NCBI GenBank assembly: GCA_054600435.1 | Contig: BAAIJX010000017.1 | Location: 186,001-250,000 of the forward strand | Length of the DNA stretch: 64,000 nt | Source of the DNA: Neophaeotheca triangularis | Taxonomy: Eukaryota | Direction: 5' to 3' | In this document: positions 33,352-45,329 of the stretch, piece after piece | Layout of the letters: each line of letters starts with the position of its first letter | Numbering within the stretch: the stretch's first letter is position 1 | Program-made: the position numbers and the translations under genes | Notes under the pieces: model-generated | What the model saw: the letters and a program-made list of their open reading frames with translations, nothing else | Database searches by the model: none | Told to the model about the DNA's origin: nothing

Positions 33352-35525
33352 ATGTTGCAAGTCAGACCAGCAGCCCGCGCGCTGCAACGCCTTCCGCAGG
33401 CCCGATCCTTCTCTACCACAGTACCCGTCGCAGCCCTCTCCCCCCACAGCCGGACCCCCCAGACTCAATCAAATACCATTACAACCAAGCGGAATGTATC
33501 AGATACCTCGAAACGTTCGGCGCAAGCTGGTGCTGCCCCTGCTCCCAAACGTGAAGTGCCCAGCCCAGCTTTCAACAGAGAAGAGACGAGATATCGCGAT
33601 GTGCAACCCCTGCAGCCTTATAAGCAACCCGAGATGGACCACAGCTTCGTTGGCATGACTGGAGGTCAGATCTTTCACGAGATGATGTTGAGGCAGGACG
33701 TGAAGCATGTGTGTACGTCAAAGTATCAGCCAGTACCACGGCAGCGAGAAAAATTGCAAGCTGACAACCCTCTCCAGTCGGATACCCTGGTGGTGCCATT
33801 CTCCCCGTCTTTGACGCCATCTACAACAGCAACCACTTCAACTTCGTTCTACCCAGACACGAGCAAGGTGCGGGACACATGGCCGAGGGATACGCTAGGG
33901 CCAGTGGCAAGCCTGGTGTTGTGCTGGTGACTTCGGGGCCTGGCGCCACCAACGTTGTCACTCCCATGCAAGATGCGTTGATGGACGGCACTCCCATGGT
34001 CGTCTTCACCGGTCAGGTCATGACTTCTGCCATTGGTTCTGATGCTTTCCAAGAAGCCGACATCACCGGCATCTCACGAGCCTGCACCAAGTGGAACGTA
34101 ATGGTCAAGGATATTGCTGAGCTCCCCAGACGCATCAAGGAGGCGTTTGAGATTGCAACCTCTGGACGTCCTGGCCCCGTCTTGGTCGACCTGCCAAAAG
34201 ATGTTACTGGAGGCACCCTCAACCGCCCCATCCCCATGTCCTCTTCCCTCCCCACACACCCTTCGGCCGCCACAAGAGATGCGCGAGAACTCTCCAGCCG
34301 CCAACGCGAATCCTCAATCCGCCGTTCCGCAGACCTCATCAACATTGCCAAAAAGCCCGTCATCTACGCTGGCGCAGGTGTCCTTGGCCAACCTGACGGG
34401 CCCAAACTCCTGAAAGAACTCTCAGACAAAGCCCAGATTCCCGTAACCACCACCCTGCAAGGCCTCGGTGGCTTCGATGAGCTCGACCCCAAGTCCCTGC
34501 ATATGCTTGGTATGCACGGCAGCGCATACGCCAACATGTCCATGCAAGAAGCGGACCTAGTGATCGCCCTGGGCGGCCGTTTTGACGACCGCATCACCGG
34601 TGCCGTCTCTAAATTTGCCCCGCAAGCCCGTCTAGCTGCTTCTGAAAACCGTGGGGGTATCATTCACTTCGATATCATGCCCAAAAACATCAACAAAGTC
34701 GTGCAAGCCACTGAAGCCGTGGAAGGCGACGTAACCGCCAACCTCGCCATGATGCTCCCGCATATCGAGACACGCACCCCCGAAAACCGCAGCGAATGGT
34801 TCTCCCAAATCGCCGCGTGGAAAGAGCGCTTCCCCTGGGCCTACGAGAAGGAAAGCGGCCCCGACAGCCTCATCAAGCCTCAAACCGTCATTGCCAAACT
34901 CTCCGACCTAACCGCTCATCGCAAAGAATCGACCATCATCGCTACGGGCGTCGGCCAGCACCAAATGTGGGCTGCTCAACACTTCCGCTGGCGCACGCCA
35001 CGTACCATGATCACCTCGGGCGGGTTAGGAACCATGGGATTCGGTCTGCCCGCCGCCATCGGCGCCAAAGTCGCCCAACCCGACAAACTCGTTGTCGACA
35101 TCGATGGCGACGCCTCCTTCTGCATGACCCTCACCGAACTATCGACAGCGGCGGAATTCAACATCGGCGTTAAAATCATCGTCCTCAACAACGAAGAACA
35201 GGGCATGGTCACCCAATGGCAATCCCTCTTTTACAACGACCGGTTCGCGCACACTCACCAGAGGAACCCGGATTTCCCCAAGCTGGCGGAAGCCATGGGC
35301 GTAAGGGCGAGGAAGACTGTCAAGATTGCGGATTTGGAGAAGGATTTGAAGTGGCTTGTTGAGGAGAGTGGGGATGGTCCGGCACTGTTGGAGGTTGTGA
35401 CGGATCAAAAGGTTCCCGTCTTGCCCATGGTTCCTGGTGGGAGTGCTTTGCACGAATTTTTGGTTTATGACGAGAAGAAGGAGAAGGAGCGGAGGCAGAG
35501 GACTAGGGAGAGGAGTGGGCGGTAG
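33352..35525 (+). CDS. ILV2: Acetolactate synthase catalytic subunit, mitochondrial
   Basis: Presequence MLQVRPAARAL. Intron 33713-33777 restores HVFGYPGGAILPVFDAIY. Also TSGPGATN, GVGQHQMW and the GDASF...NNEEQGMV ThDP motif. Confidence 0.97.
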
Positions 35526-36515
35526 AGTCTCGCTTTCTTCTGAAGAGGAAGGGAGGGGGGAGGTGGTTGTTTGTGGACGGTTAGCAGGATTTACCCGGGG
35601 GCGTTCCGGTCGCCTTGTTCTAGGCCTCGAGCCGGGCGTGTGTGTTTCATGAGCGTTCGGTTCGATTACTGCACAAGCAAGAAAAATAGGGGCAAAAAGT
35701 TGCGTTTTGTATTTCAACTTTGGCTCGGGTTAATCGGTTTGTGCTGTGCTGTGCTGTGGACCCAATTCTTATAATCGGGCGAACGTGTATACCACCACTG
35801 TTTCTTGTTTTTTTAATTCGATATCATTCTGTGTGTGAGTGTTTTGAATTTCCATCTCGTGGTTTCCCATCGTTTCCCCCTTCTGGACCCTCTTTGTAGA
35901 CTTTTTGAGCGGCCGAGGTGAGCGAATGGCTTTGGGTCTAGTAGGTATCTACCATACAATCTAGCTATACAGGGTCAGTTGGAAAGAACCTCCTACACAG
36001 GCAGCACGACCACGAACGTCCAAATGGGCTGCTCTCGATCCTCTCGCGGGCTGTCCTCTATATCTACACTTGCCCAAGCGCTCGAGTCTCCGGCAGCAGA
36101 GAGAGGTTACGGAATGGGTTCACCGAGTTGAAGCGAGTTTCCGCTCAAGGACTGTTGGAATTGTTGGTTGATATACACATACGCCCGCGCTTTCGGACTT
36201 GTGTCTGTGTGTCGGTATTGTATCCATCTCAGGTTGTGTGCGCGAAGAAGCTGGCTAGCTATATAGCTATATAAGCACTCAGGTACCTACGTACGCGACG
36301 CGACGCGCAGTTCGTTCGCTCGCTCCCACTGGACTATTGCTTCCCCCCCTGACTTTTTTTTATTTCTTTCTCTCAAAGAAAAGAAAAAAAAAAGGGAAAA
36401 AGAAGTCACGGCCTAAAGAAGACGACGGACGCCCTCAAACCCCGTCTCCCCCTCACTCTCGCTCTCCGCCGTCCGTTCCCCCAGTCTCAGCACCGACCAA
36501 GCGCCCGCTTCCGTT

Positions 36516-37466
36516 TCAATTCCGATACGTATGCCCCCTCCGATACCACGCCTCAGTGCTCCAAGGCCAGCCGCCGACCATTTTGTCCGTGCCGACTCTC
36601 GTCAACGCCAACGGCCCACCTGCTTCCACCAGCCCTCCCGTGCCCGCCGCCGGGCTCGCTGGCCCCATCTCCCGCCCTTCTGGTCTTGAGCCCTTGCTCT
36701 CGGCTGCTGCTGGAGATACTGCTGCTGCTGAAGATGCTGATGATAATGATGACGACGACGCCGCCGCTCCCACCCGCTTCACCCCCTTCCGCACGATGGC
36801 GGCCCTGGCCGGTCCGTCGCTGCGACAGCGGTTGACGGCGTCGGAGCTGGGGGTCGGTTTCGAGCGGACCTTGCGGTTTCCCTGGCGCTGGGGAGGGGGC
36901 GGGGGGCTTGGTGACGGTGAAGAGCTGGCTCGCGGGTGCGAGACAGAGGGGCGGGAGTCGGGAAGCGCTGCCACGGTAGTCACGGCGGGTACGGGAAGGG
37001 GATCGAGGTCGGAGGGTGGAAGAGGGGGAGCGGTTTCGAGTTGCGTGGTGGCGGCGTGCGGGGCTTCCGATGTCGACTCCAGCTGGCTTCTGAACCGGGT
37101 GCTAGTGCCAGTGCCAGTCTCACTCCCGCTCCCACTATTCCCATCCCCTGTCCCGACTCCCCCGCCCCCAACTTCCCCATCCCCCTCCTCCCTCCCCCTG
37201 AAGAAAACCCCCGGCTCCTCGGCCGTAAGCGACCGACTCTCCCCCCCGTGCCGTCGGAGCGCTATCGGCAGCAAGCCCAGCTCGCGACGCTGGCGGGTAT
37301 TCTCCTCGCGACGACGAGCGCGAGCTCGGGAGCGGAGGAGGGCTTTGCTTTTGCGGGCGAGACCGTGAGCTTGCTTGGAAGGGTTTGGGGCTCGGAGGGG
37401 GGGGAAGGAGGGGAGGAGGGCGCGGAAGCGGGTGAGGGGGGTGGTGGGTTTGGGGGAAGGGGCCAT
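36516..37466 (-). CDS. Hypothetical low-complexity protein
   Basis: ATG at 37466 (MAPSPKP...) opens a long ORF ending in a less biased C-terminus (VGGWPWSTEAWYRRGH). No recognised domain. Confidence 0.4.
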   Translation of the reverse strand: MAPSPKPTTPLTRFRALLPSFPPLRAPNPSKQAHGLARKSKALLRSRARARRREENTRQRRELGLLPIALRRHGGESRSLTAEEPGVFFRGREEGDGEVGGGGVGTGDGNSGSGSETGTGTSTRFRSQLESTSEAPHAATTQLETAPPLPPSDLDPLPVPAVTTVAALPDSRPSVSHPRASSSPSPSPPPPPQRQGNRKVRSKPTPSSDAVNRCRSDGPARAAIVRKGVKRVGAAASSSSLSSASSAAAVSPAAAESKGSRPEGREMGPASPAAGTGGLVEAGGPLALTRVGTDKMVGGWPWSTEAWYRRGHTYRN

Positions 37467-37865
37467 GGGGGTTTTGTCCGGCTGGCTGTGCTTAGGTCGT
37501 GGTCGGCGGGCGATTTGGGGGTTGGGCTTAGGTCGCCCGGCTCTATCTGGGGATAAACGACTGTTCAGCTCTAGGCTATCCTGCTCTGCTCTCGCGTACG
37601 TAAAACCCGCCCTACCCTCCACGTGGAAACCTGCCGGCAGTCGTCTTTGGAGCAATAGACTAGAATCCCGGAGTCTAGCCTACCGCGTTAAAAATTCTAG
37701 AAAGTCCAGTAGGTTTGGGTAGTGAAAGCGGTCGGGAGTGTCTGTTGCTCGACCGACAAGCAGGAGGAACAAGACATCAACCCTTCATCGCTCCGCAGCC
37801 GTTGAGAGGAAATGGAACGGAAGGAAAGAGACGGCGGTGGCCGTGCAAGTGCTTGCCAGATGGTA

Positions 37866-37960
37866 CTTACCTACCTACCTACCTACCTACCTATACATAC
37901 ATACATACACACATACTTAGCACCTAACTATCAGATGTTGATCAGATGTTGATCAGATGT
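37866..37960. repeat. (CTAC)n/(ATAC)n microsatellite followed by 3x ATCAGATGTT(G)
   Basis: Read directly. Confidence 0.85.
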
Positions 37961-38488
37961 TAGGTCGTGGTGGGAAAAAAGCGCAAGCGCTGCTCTCTGC
38001 AGCCAGCCAGCGGGATCGAAGATTCTTGGAGGGGGATTTTTAGGTTTGAATCCTTTTTTTTTTCTTTTTGAGAAAAGCAATGGGATAGCTTACACTGCGC
38101 AGACATACTCAAGTCAGTCGCCATTGCGACCCTAGCAGGCGATGAAACGCAAAGACACATTGTGGAGTGCGTGCAGACGTGGGATGGCGACTTGTGATAC
38201 AGTACAAACTTTCTACACACACGAGACGCATCTGGGGAGAGAAAAAAAAAAAGAGCCATTCAAATCGCTTCAAACACGACATGAAATCCCATAAAATCTT
38301 CTCAGCTTCTCAGAAGCTCTGGCGGAAAAGGGAGAGATTAAGATAAAACGCACACCAGGGGTATCTCCGCAAAACGAGAGCTCGGAAAAAAGCAAGACTC
38401 GGCCCGAACCACAAAGAGAAGAAGGGGAAAAAAATCCCCCTCACCAAAAGCACACCCACTCCCACCACCCACACACCGCATAACCCCC

Positions 38489-39865
38489 TCAATCCCCCCG
38501 TCTAAACATCTCCTCCTCCCACCCAATCCCCCCCGATCCATCCAACCCGGACCCCACATCCCCCTTCTTCGCCCCCAACCGCCCCAACTCGGGCAATTTC
38601 GGCGCAGGCGGTTGCGGACTTTGCTGCTGTTGCTGTTGTCGTTCTTGGCCCCCACTGTTGTCCTCGGCTCGGAATCTTTTGGTGCTGCTTTCGGGCCGCT
38701 CGTGGTGGCTTTCGTCTACCGCTTCGAGCTCGTGCTTGTTGCCGTTCTTGTTCCAGAGAGCGCTTTTGCGCCGCAGCCAGGAAGTGGTGCGTTGGGCGGG
38801 GTTTAGGGGGGGACGTGGGCCGGGGTTGGAATCGGTGGGGTTAGGGTTGGTTGTGGCAGTTGTTGTGGCTTTGCTGGTTGTAAGGGAAGTCCAGGAGAGA
38901 GAGGGACGGCGGGAGGGTTCGGGGCTGGGAGTGGTTTGGTTGGTGGCTTTGCTGGTTGTGAGAGAGTTCCAGGAGAGAGAGGGACGGCGAGAGGGTTCGG
39001 CGCCGGGAGTGGTTTGGTTGGTGGGTTTGCTGGTTGTGAGAGAGTTCCAGGAGAAAGAGGGACGGCGTGGGGTTGTCTGCGCGCTTTGCGGGCGCTGGGA
39101 GGGATGTTGGTTTTGGGTTGCGTCGGAGGAGGGGTTTTGTTGAGAAGATTCGGGGCGAGTGGCGGCGAAGGAGGTCCGCAGGTTTGTTATGGAGAGTAGT
39201 CTGCGGACACCGGTTGAGGGGCGACGTTGGGGGGGTGAGCCGTTGGAGGGGGTTGCCCTGGTCGCGGTTTGTGGGCTTTTGGTCGGGGTTGCTGAGGCTG
39301 GCGCGGTGGGAATGCGGAAGCTGCTGCTGTTGCTGTTGCTGTCGCGGCGTCGGCGCTCGTTGTTTTGGTGGTGAGAGGCCAGGGTTGACATGTCGGGGGG
39401 TTGATGGGTGGTTTGGTTGTGGGCGTCGTCGGAGGTGGAAGAGGAGTCGTCGGTGGTGGTGGTGGGTGGTGGTGGTGGTGTCGTGGGAGCTTTGTCGCTG
39501 TGTGGTAGGGCCATGTGTTCTTGTTCTACGGCTACGTCGTCTGGGGTTGTGGGATGCGAGGACAGGGGACCGCCGCCAGCGGTCGGTGGACGGACGTGGC
39601 AGTTTTGTTCGTCTCGGGGGGTGGGTTGGAGGAAGCTCGGTGCTGAAGTCGGTCGGGGCGAAGAGGAATCGGCTGACAGCGGAGATGTTGAGGTATCCGT
39701 ATCGTCGAGTTCGGCGATGAAGGTTGTTTCGGACTTGAGCGGTGATGATGTCGAAGCGTGGGCTACGTGGTGGATTGGGTTTTGGGGGAGGGAGATGTGG
39801 ATGTACGACAAGTCTTTGGGTTGTCGTGGTCGGCGATGGTGCCGGTCTAGTAGTGACACGGACAT
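38489..39865 (-). CDS. Hypothetical S/T/P-rich protein with internal 26-aa tandem repeats
   Basis: 458-aa ATG-initiated ORF; RRPS(L/F)SW repeats; C-terminal PKLPEL...GG.G...MF. Confidence 0.6.
   Translation of the reverse strand: MSVSLLDRHHRRPRQPKDLSYIHISLPQNPIHHVAHASTSSPLKSETTFIAELDDTDTSTSPLSADSSSPRPTSAPSFLQPTPRDEQNCHVRPPTAGGGPLSSHPTTPDDVAVEQEHMALPHSDKAPTTPPPPPTTTTDDSSSTSDDAHNQTTHQPPDMSTLASHHQNNERRRRDSNSNSSSFRIPTAPASATPTKSPQTATRATPSNGSPPQRRPSTGVRRLLSITNLRTSFAATRPESSQQNPSSDATQNQHPSQRPQSAQTTPRRPSFSWNSLTTSKPTNQTTPGAEPSRRPSLSWNSLTTSKATNQTTPSPEPSRRPSLSWTSLTTSKATTTATTNPNPTDSNPGPRPPLNPAQRTTSWLRRKSALWNKNGNKHELEAVDESHHERPESSTKRFRAEDNSGGQERQQQQQQSPQPPAPKLPELGRLGAKKGDVGSGLDGSGGIGWEEEMFRRGD
38865..39067 (-). 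repeat. 78-bp coding tandem repeat, about 2.6 copies
   Basis: GTGG(C/G)TTTGCTGGTTG recurs at 38865, 38943 and 39021. Confidence 0.9.
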
Positions 39866-40100
39866 GGTAGTAGTAATATTAATATTAATATTAATATTAA
39901 TACTAATAATGATGATGATAATAATAATAATAATAACAATAGTCGTGTTTCACGAGCACCAGGCACGATAATGAGATGTGCAGCGATTTCGTATGTAGGT
40001 GAGGAGTAGGACAAGTCACTTTTCTCTCAGCGTCGTGGCAGTGGGTAGTAGGTAGTAGGTAGTAGGTAGTAGGTAGTAGGTAGTAGGTAGTAAGTAGGCG
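39866..40100. repeat. Microsatellite cluster: (ATATTA)n/(TAA)n and (GTAGTAG)n
   Basis: Read directly; a further (CTA)n run lies at about 40450-40479. Confidence 0.85.
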
Positions 40101-40838
40101 TGGTGAAATAGAATACAAGGGAGAGAGTACAGTATATGAAAGAGGAAGACGAGTACAGATAGTGCTCCTTTTACCTAGTACCTTTCAGTATGACTGACTC
40201 CTGGCAATAGGGCGGGCGTGATGATAGCCAAGGTACTGTACTGTAAGTCGATGGGAACGGCGAGCACCGTCGTCTGTCTCCCTCGTTCCGGCTGTTTGGC
40301 GAGCGTCTACTGTCCCTCTGTAGTAGTACTAGACTAAGGTAGTTTTAGTAGTTAGTCGAGTACCAAACGATAGCGCAACCCCTGTCTCTCCCCTCGGACC
40401 CCTTCTAACCCTTATTATTGGGCTCGGGGTAAGTACTAAGAGGGTAAAGCTACTACTACTACTACTACTACTACTACTAGACACGTCTTAATATCGGGTG
40501 CAATGTGACAGGCGTGCATGTACTTCTTCATGTACTGTATCTAGTAATGTACTAGAGCCGCCTATCGGCAATTGTCAGTTGTGTGCAGCCAGCCGTTGAG
40601 GCTATCCTTCCTAAGTAGTATTCCTTCCTCCATCGCTGACTGCCCCATCTGGAAAATACATACCGTACGTACAAGCCAACTACCTCGCCAATCGCCCGCC
40701 TGATCCAGTCTACTCTGACGTTATTGGCTGCAACTTGTATGCTGCGCGCTTCCATCCAAACCCTCGCACACGTTGGATCTTAAGGTGCTCCGAACAAGCA
40801 GTCCATCCATCTCGCCTACCTCTCTCTAATCCTATGCC

Positions 40839-42020
40839 TCACGTCTCACCAAAGACAAAAATGCCCTTCCCACTCCTAAACCCCTCAAGTGTCCCTTGAA
40901 CAGCCTTGACCAAAGGCTCCTGCTTCGTATCATAATTCCACCTCACCTCATCCATGGGCGTATCCTTGAACTTGCCCTGCCTAGTCAGGTCCAAAATCTC
41001 CCTCACACACTTCTCCTTCTCCTCGGGATTCCTCTCGCTCCACTTGCTAACCCAAAAGCCATCAAAAGACACATTTTTGAAAATCAACAGCCCCGTCGGC
41101 AGCGTGACGGGCTGCTTGCTCATAGCCCCATACGTGACCATGTGGCCAAAAGGCGCCAGCACCTTGGCCATGGCATTCACCAACTCCCCACCCACACAAT
41201 TCAACCCCAACTTCACCTCTTCGCGCCCTCCATTCGTCAACTCCTTGATCCTCGCCCCAAACCCCCTCTCCCTAACCTCCTCATCCGTAACGACAACATC
41301 CGCCCCCAACCCCATCAACTCCTCCTTCAACTCCTCCATCCCACTCTCCCTCTTCCGAACAACATTCACACTCTTCAACCCCCACAACCTCCCCAACTGA
41401 ATCGCCGCCCTCCCAACCCCCGAATTCGCCCCATTCTGAATAAACCAATCCCCCTCCCTCATCTCCACAAAATCCCTCAACATCCTCCACGCCGTGCAAG
41501 GATTCACACTCACAGTCCCGACCTGCTGCGGCGTCAAACCCTCGCGATCCCTAACAACCATGAGATTCTCCCCCGTCGTCTGCGCGTGCGTCCTCCACGT
41601 CCCGAACCCGGGAGCCTTTTGAATGACCCAGTCGCCCTTTTGGAAGCCCTTGACGCTGCCGCCGACGGCGACGACTTCGGCGACGCCCTCGTTGCCGCCC
41701 ACCGCTAGCGGCTCCGTCGTGCCCATGCTGGTCGTGAAGCTCGGTTTGGACGGGTAGACGCCTTGGATTTGGTTCATGTCGGCCGGGTTGATGGGCGCCG
41801 CGAGGAAGCGCAGCGTTAGTAGTTCGCCGTGTGAGGGCGAGATGGAGTGGCCGTGCAGTTTGAGCACGTCGCTGGGCTCGCCGTATTTGGGGAAGGTGAG
41901 GCATTTGGCTTGTTCGTAGCCGTAGGCCGAGATGGTGCGGCGGGTTGCGGTTGATGGGGGGGTTGGGGGCCGGAGGCGGCGGAGCAGGGCCGTTGTGCGT
42001 TGGGTGAGGATTGTGGACAT
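40839..42020 (-). CDS. ETR1: Mitochondrial trans-2-enoyl-ACP reductase (MECR/Etr1)
   Basis: AAPINPADMNQIQGVYP, GGNEGV, GTWRTH, VNPCTA, IQNGANSGVG, TYGAMSKQP motifs. Presequence from ATG 42020. Confidence 0.93.
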   Translation of the reverse strand: MSTILTQRTTALLRRLRPPTPPSTATRRTISAYGYEQAKCLTFPKYGEPSDVLKLHGHSISPSHGELLTLRFLAAPINPADMNQIQGVYPSKPSFTTSMGTTEPLAVGGNEGVAEVVAVGGSVKGFQKGDWVIQKAPGFGTWRTHAQTTGENLMVVRDREGLTPQQVGTVSVNPCTAWRMLRDFVEMREGDWFIQNGANSGVGRAAIQLGRLWGLKSVNVVRKRESGMEELKEELMGLGADVVVTDEEVRERGFGARIKELTNGGREEVKLGLNCVGGELVNAMAKVLAPFGHMVTYGAMSKQPVTLPTGLLIFKNVSFDGFWVSKWSERNPEEKEKCVREILDLTRQGKFKDTPMDEVRWNYDTKQEPLVKAVQGTLEGFRSGKGIFVFGET

Positions 42021-42451
42021 TTTTTGCTTTGCTTGTGAGGAAAGGGTGGGTTGGGGGAGGTGTTGGGAGGGGAGAGTGTTTCTTGTACCTCCCAATGGGG
42101 CTTGAAATTGTCCTGAAGCTTGCCCTGAGCTCTGATGCGAGATGACGCTCAAACTTCCGAGGTTAAATGGGAGAAGGAGCATGGGCCATGAGTTGTCGAC
42201 CTTTGGACCGACCTTACCTTGCCTTGCTACCTCCTAGTAATATTGCTCGACAACAAAACACGAGGCGCGACATGTGTGCGATATGACAAGACGTTCGACG
42301 ACGTATACGAGATGTCTTGCGACGGCTATGCTGACGATGAATGCAAGGAAGAAGACGCAAATGCCGACCGGCAGCCTCCCGTCTATCCTAGGTCTTCCAC
42401 GACAGCCATCTTCCATATTCCAGCCATGACATTCCAAACCGGTCCCTCACC

Positions 42452-43297
42452 CTAAAAATGCTCCACGAACCGACTCTTGCGAGTTTTCTGTCTTTTCACT
42501 TTCCCAGCCAGCTCCGCCGTCGAGTCAGATTCCGCCTCCGCCTCCGCCTCAGGCTTGACCTGAACCTCCTCGAGATTGGCCACCATTTTCTCGGCCCTAT
42601 GGTCACCAGTAGCTCTGCCACTCCTAGTTCCATCCAACTTGGAAGCAAACCACTCCCCCTCTGTCGGTGGCGGCGGCTGATTGGCCCAATAAAGCTCATA
42701 AAGTCCCAACGCGGAATCCACCTTGACGACCTCCTCACCAACCACTTCCACCTCCGCGCTCCGCGCCCACGTCTCCGGCGCCTCACCAACTCTTACCAGC
42801 CTTTGGGGACCCTCCATGACCCTCAAACCCGGATCGCCCAACCCATCAGCCCCTGACCCAACACTCTCGCCTGAAATCTCCAGCGACTCATCGCCCCACA
42901 CCCCACCCCTAGCCAAAACCGCCACTTCCTCCGCACTCCCCCCCTCAGTCTCCCACACCAACTCCCACACCAACTCCTCCACCGCCTTGCGCGCAACAGC
43001 AGCTTGCACAAACTCCTCCGCCCTGCTCGCCGAAACCTTGACCCCCTGCAACCTCCCCACAAGCTGCTCGTACTCTTTCCGGGCTCTCTCAATCTCCATG
43101 GCGTACTTTGCGACTACGCGGCAAGCCCAGATGCGGAAGAGTTCGGTGTCAAACGGCGTTCCCGTGACGTCTTCTTGGGCTCTGCTCATTACGAGGGCGT
43201 CGAGGGTAAGGCGTCGGATGTGAAAGTTTAGGGCGGTTTTGCGGTCGTGTTGTCTGCTTGAAAGAGTGTGGAGGAGGGTTCTGAGGGGGTGCATCAT
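42452..43297 (-). CDS. Hypothetical protein
   Basis: 281-aa ATG ORF with a helical N-half and C-terminal KSRFVEHF; codon style matches neighbouring genes. Confidence 0.5.
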   Translation of the reverse strand: MMHPLRTLLHTLSSRQHDRKTALNFHIRRLTLDALVMSRAQEDVTGTPFDTELFRIWACRVVAKYAMEIERARKEYEQLVGRLQGVKVSASRAEEFVQAAVARKAVEELVWELVWETEGGSAEEVAVLARGGVWGDESLEISGESVGSGADGLGDPGLRVMEGPQRLVRVGEAPETWARSAEVEVVGEEVVKVDSALGLYELYWANQPPPPTEGEWFASKLDGTRSGRATGDHRAEKMVANLEEVQVKPEAEAEAESDSTAELAGKVKRQKTRKSRFVEHF

Positions 43298-43972
43298 GAT
43301 TGTGGTTTGACTGGTTCTGAAAGGTAGGTGGGTTCCGTCGGATTCGATGTTCGCCTGGTTGCGATTGTCGATGATGAAGTGTGTGGTAAGTCCTCGTGGT
43401 GAGTGCTTGCTTTTTGCAGTACGCTTGGTGGGTATGCTTGATGGTATGTATGTATGCCTTCTTATGGGTTTTGTGGTATCTGGATCGAAGACTTGGAAGA
43501 GAAAGCGGCAAGCCAGCGTGGTTGGACATTCGGACCATCGATTGATGTCCTCGCATTACGGAGATCTGAGTAGCTCAAGCTATGCGTCCGTTTTGAGGAT
43601 AGTGGTGAAGCTGGTAAGCAACATTTATACTTTTCCCTTCGATGTTGCCTACCAGCTCTTGTTTCTTCTTTGCAGCGAAGCGGAATTGGGGGCTTTGGTA
43701 TTGGTCGAGCGCGCTTCAATGTCTGCGCGGAGCGGTAATCGTGCCCACGCAATTCTTTCCTATTTTCTCACTGTCAAAATAGGTATTTCCAGAGCTGATG
43801 CTATCGCGTTCAGCTAAGTGTCTCGCACAGACTAACTTGCAAGAAGGAATTACATAGCACCATGCGTTATCAAGGACCATCGAATACCTTTACACATCAC
43901 ATAGTCAGTTAGACACTACGACAGACACGTCCGCCTTCTACTCTGGCCCCCGGTAAACCCGCTTCGGCCGCA

Positions 43973-45115
43973 ATGTCGCGAGTCGCCGACACAACCGCCA
44001 CACTCCGCGCTCGCACCCTCATCTCCTCAATGACAGATATCCTGACAGGCCCCTTCGCGACCGTCAGGCACAAACCCCGCTCTCGCGGTCACTACAACAG
44101 TGTCGCAGACAGTGAGCCTCTGCTCGCCATCGAGGAAGAACCAAGTCCCCACTCTCACCCACATGCCGACAACAAAATGAATCTCAACGACGGGATCTTC
44201 GACTTCGAGGACGGCTACGAGAACGACACCGACAACGAAGACGACACCGACCCCCCTACTCGCCACCCCAGTATCTCAAGCTCCCACTTCGCAGCCCTGC
44301 CGGTCTCAAACTACCCCCCTCGCTCCCGCTCCACAAGCGAGCACGTCGAGATCGACTCCAACGCTTCCGCGACCGAGGCCAGGACTTCCACGCCCCCGCG
44401 CGGTATCCACGAGAGAATCCTAGACGGCATGGCCGCCGAGATGGCAGCGACGAAGCCCGAAACCGCCGCCCAAGCCGATGCCAAAAACGCCGTGGGCGCC
44501 GCAGAAACCACAGCTCCGCACGAGACCCTCGACGGACCGAGACGAGCGCAGAGAGCAGCCGGCGAGCAGTACCGCGCTTGCGTGCAGCACGCGGCGCTCA
44601 TCGAGCTAAACGCCTCGTGCCCGCCAGCGCCGGGCTGCAAGACAGACTCGCTCCTCGACGTCGGCGCCGGCGGTTCCAAAACCCTGCCAAAAGCAAAGAA
44701 GAAGAAGCCTTTCGCCCCCACCGCCGCGTGCGAAAGCGAGACCCACGCCGCTGATGCTGCACCCCCGGTCCAGCCTGAGAGCGCGCTTGACGAGCCCTCG
44801 CCGCTCTCCTCTGCCAACGAAACGGCGCAAGCTCCGCCACTATGGCATGTGGCTGCCGTTGCCCCGTCCGCTGCCGGGGCTCCGCTTCCGAGAGCCAAAA
44901 CGGCTCGGGCGGTGTTTTGGGGCAGGAGCTCGCGAGCTACTGGGGCTGGCGAGGTTGGTGGAAGTGGACGGGCTGCTGGGCGAGGGAGCGGTTTGGGGTT
45001 GAAGGGGTTTGTGAGGGAGAGGGTTCGGGTTTTGGAGGGGAGGGAGAGGGCGAGGGAGAAGGAAAAGGAGGGGAAGGGGGCTGGTTGGTGTCGGTATCGT
45101 AGGCTTGGTGAGTAG
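43973..45115 (+). CDS. Hypothetical protein (acidic, Ala/Pro-rich)
   Basis: 380-aa ATG ORF with the C-rich to G-rich 3' gradient seen in genuine genes of this window. Confidence 0.5.
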   Translation: MSRVADTTATLRARTLISSMTDILTGPFATVRHKPRSRGHYNSVADSEPLLAIEEEPSPHSHPHADNKMNLNDGIFDFEDGYENDTDNEDDTDPPTRHPSISSSHFAALPVSNYPPRSRSTSEHVEIDSNASATEARTSTPPRGIHERILDGMAAEMAATKPETAAQADAKNAVGAAETTAPHETLDGPRRAQRAAGEQYRACVQHAALIELNASCPPAPGCKTDSLLDVGAGGSKTLPKAKKKKPFAPTAACESETHAADAAPPVQPESALDEPSPLSSANETAQAPPLWHVAAVAPSAAGAPLPRAKTARAVFWGRSSRATGAGEVGGSGRAAGRGSGLGLKGFVRERVRVLEGRERAREKEKEGKGAGWCRYRRLGE

Positions 45116-45329
45116 GGGTTGGGGAAAGGACGGGATTGGTGGGTGGTGGTGGTGGTGGTGGTGGTGTGGTCTAGCGTTGGCTCGATAGGGTTCACGGGCT
45201 CGTTTTTGGGGGCTCGTGGGAGTGCTTTTCGGTGGTGGTGTGCGATTGCATCATTGCTTCTACTGTGTACGTGCACTTGTAGACATGGGTATTGATGGCT
45301 GTCTGAGCTATACGCTATCTACCCTGCTG

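Noticed and set aside
36337..37368. 343-aa plus-strand ORF
   Set aside because: Non-ATG start, begins in T/A homopolymers and overlaps the minus-strand ATG ORF; neither is strongly supported.
38865..39067. CRISPR-like array
   Set aside because: Contiguous coding tandem repeat without unique spacers, in a eukaryotic genome.
42021..42182. N-terminal extension of ETR1 from ATG 42182
   Set aside because: The mitochondrial presequence begins at ATG 42020 (AAAAAATG context); the upstream part looks like promoter or leader.
44311..45276. 321-aa minus-strand ORF
   Set aside because: Antisense to 43973..45115, whose compositional gradient indicates the + strand is sense.
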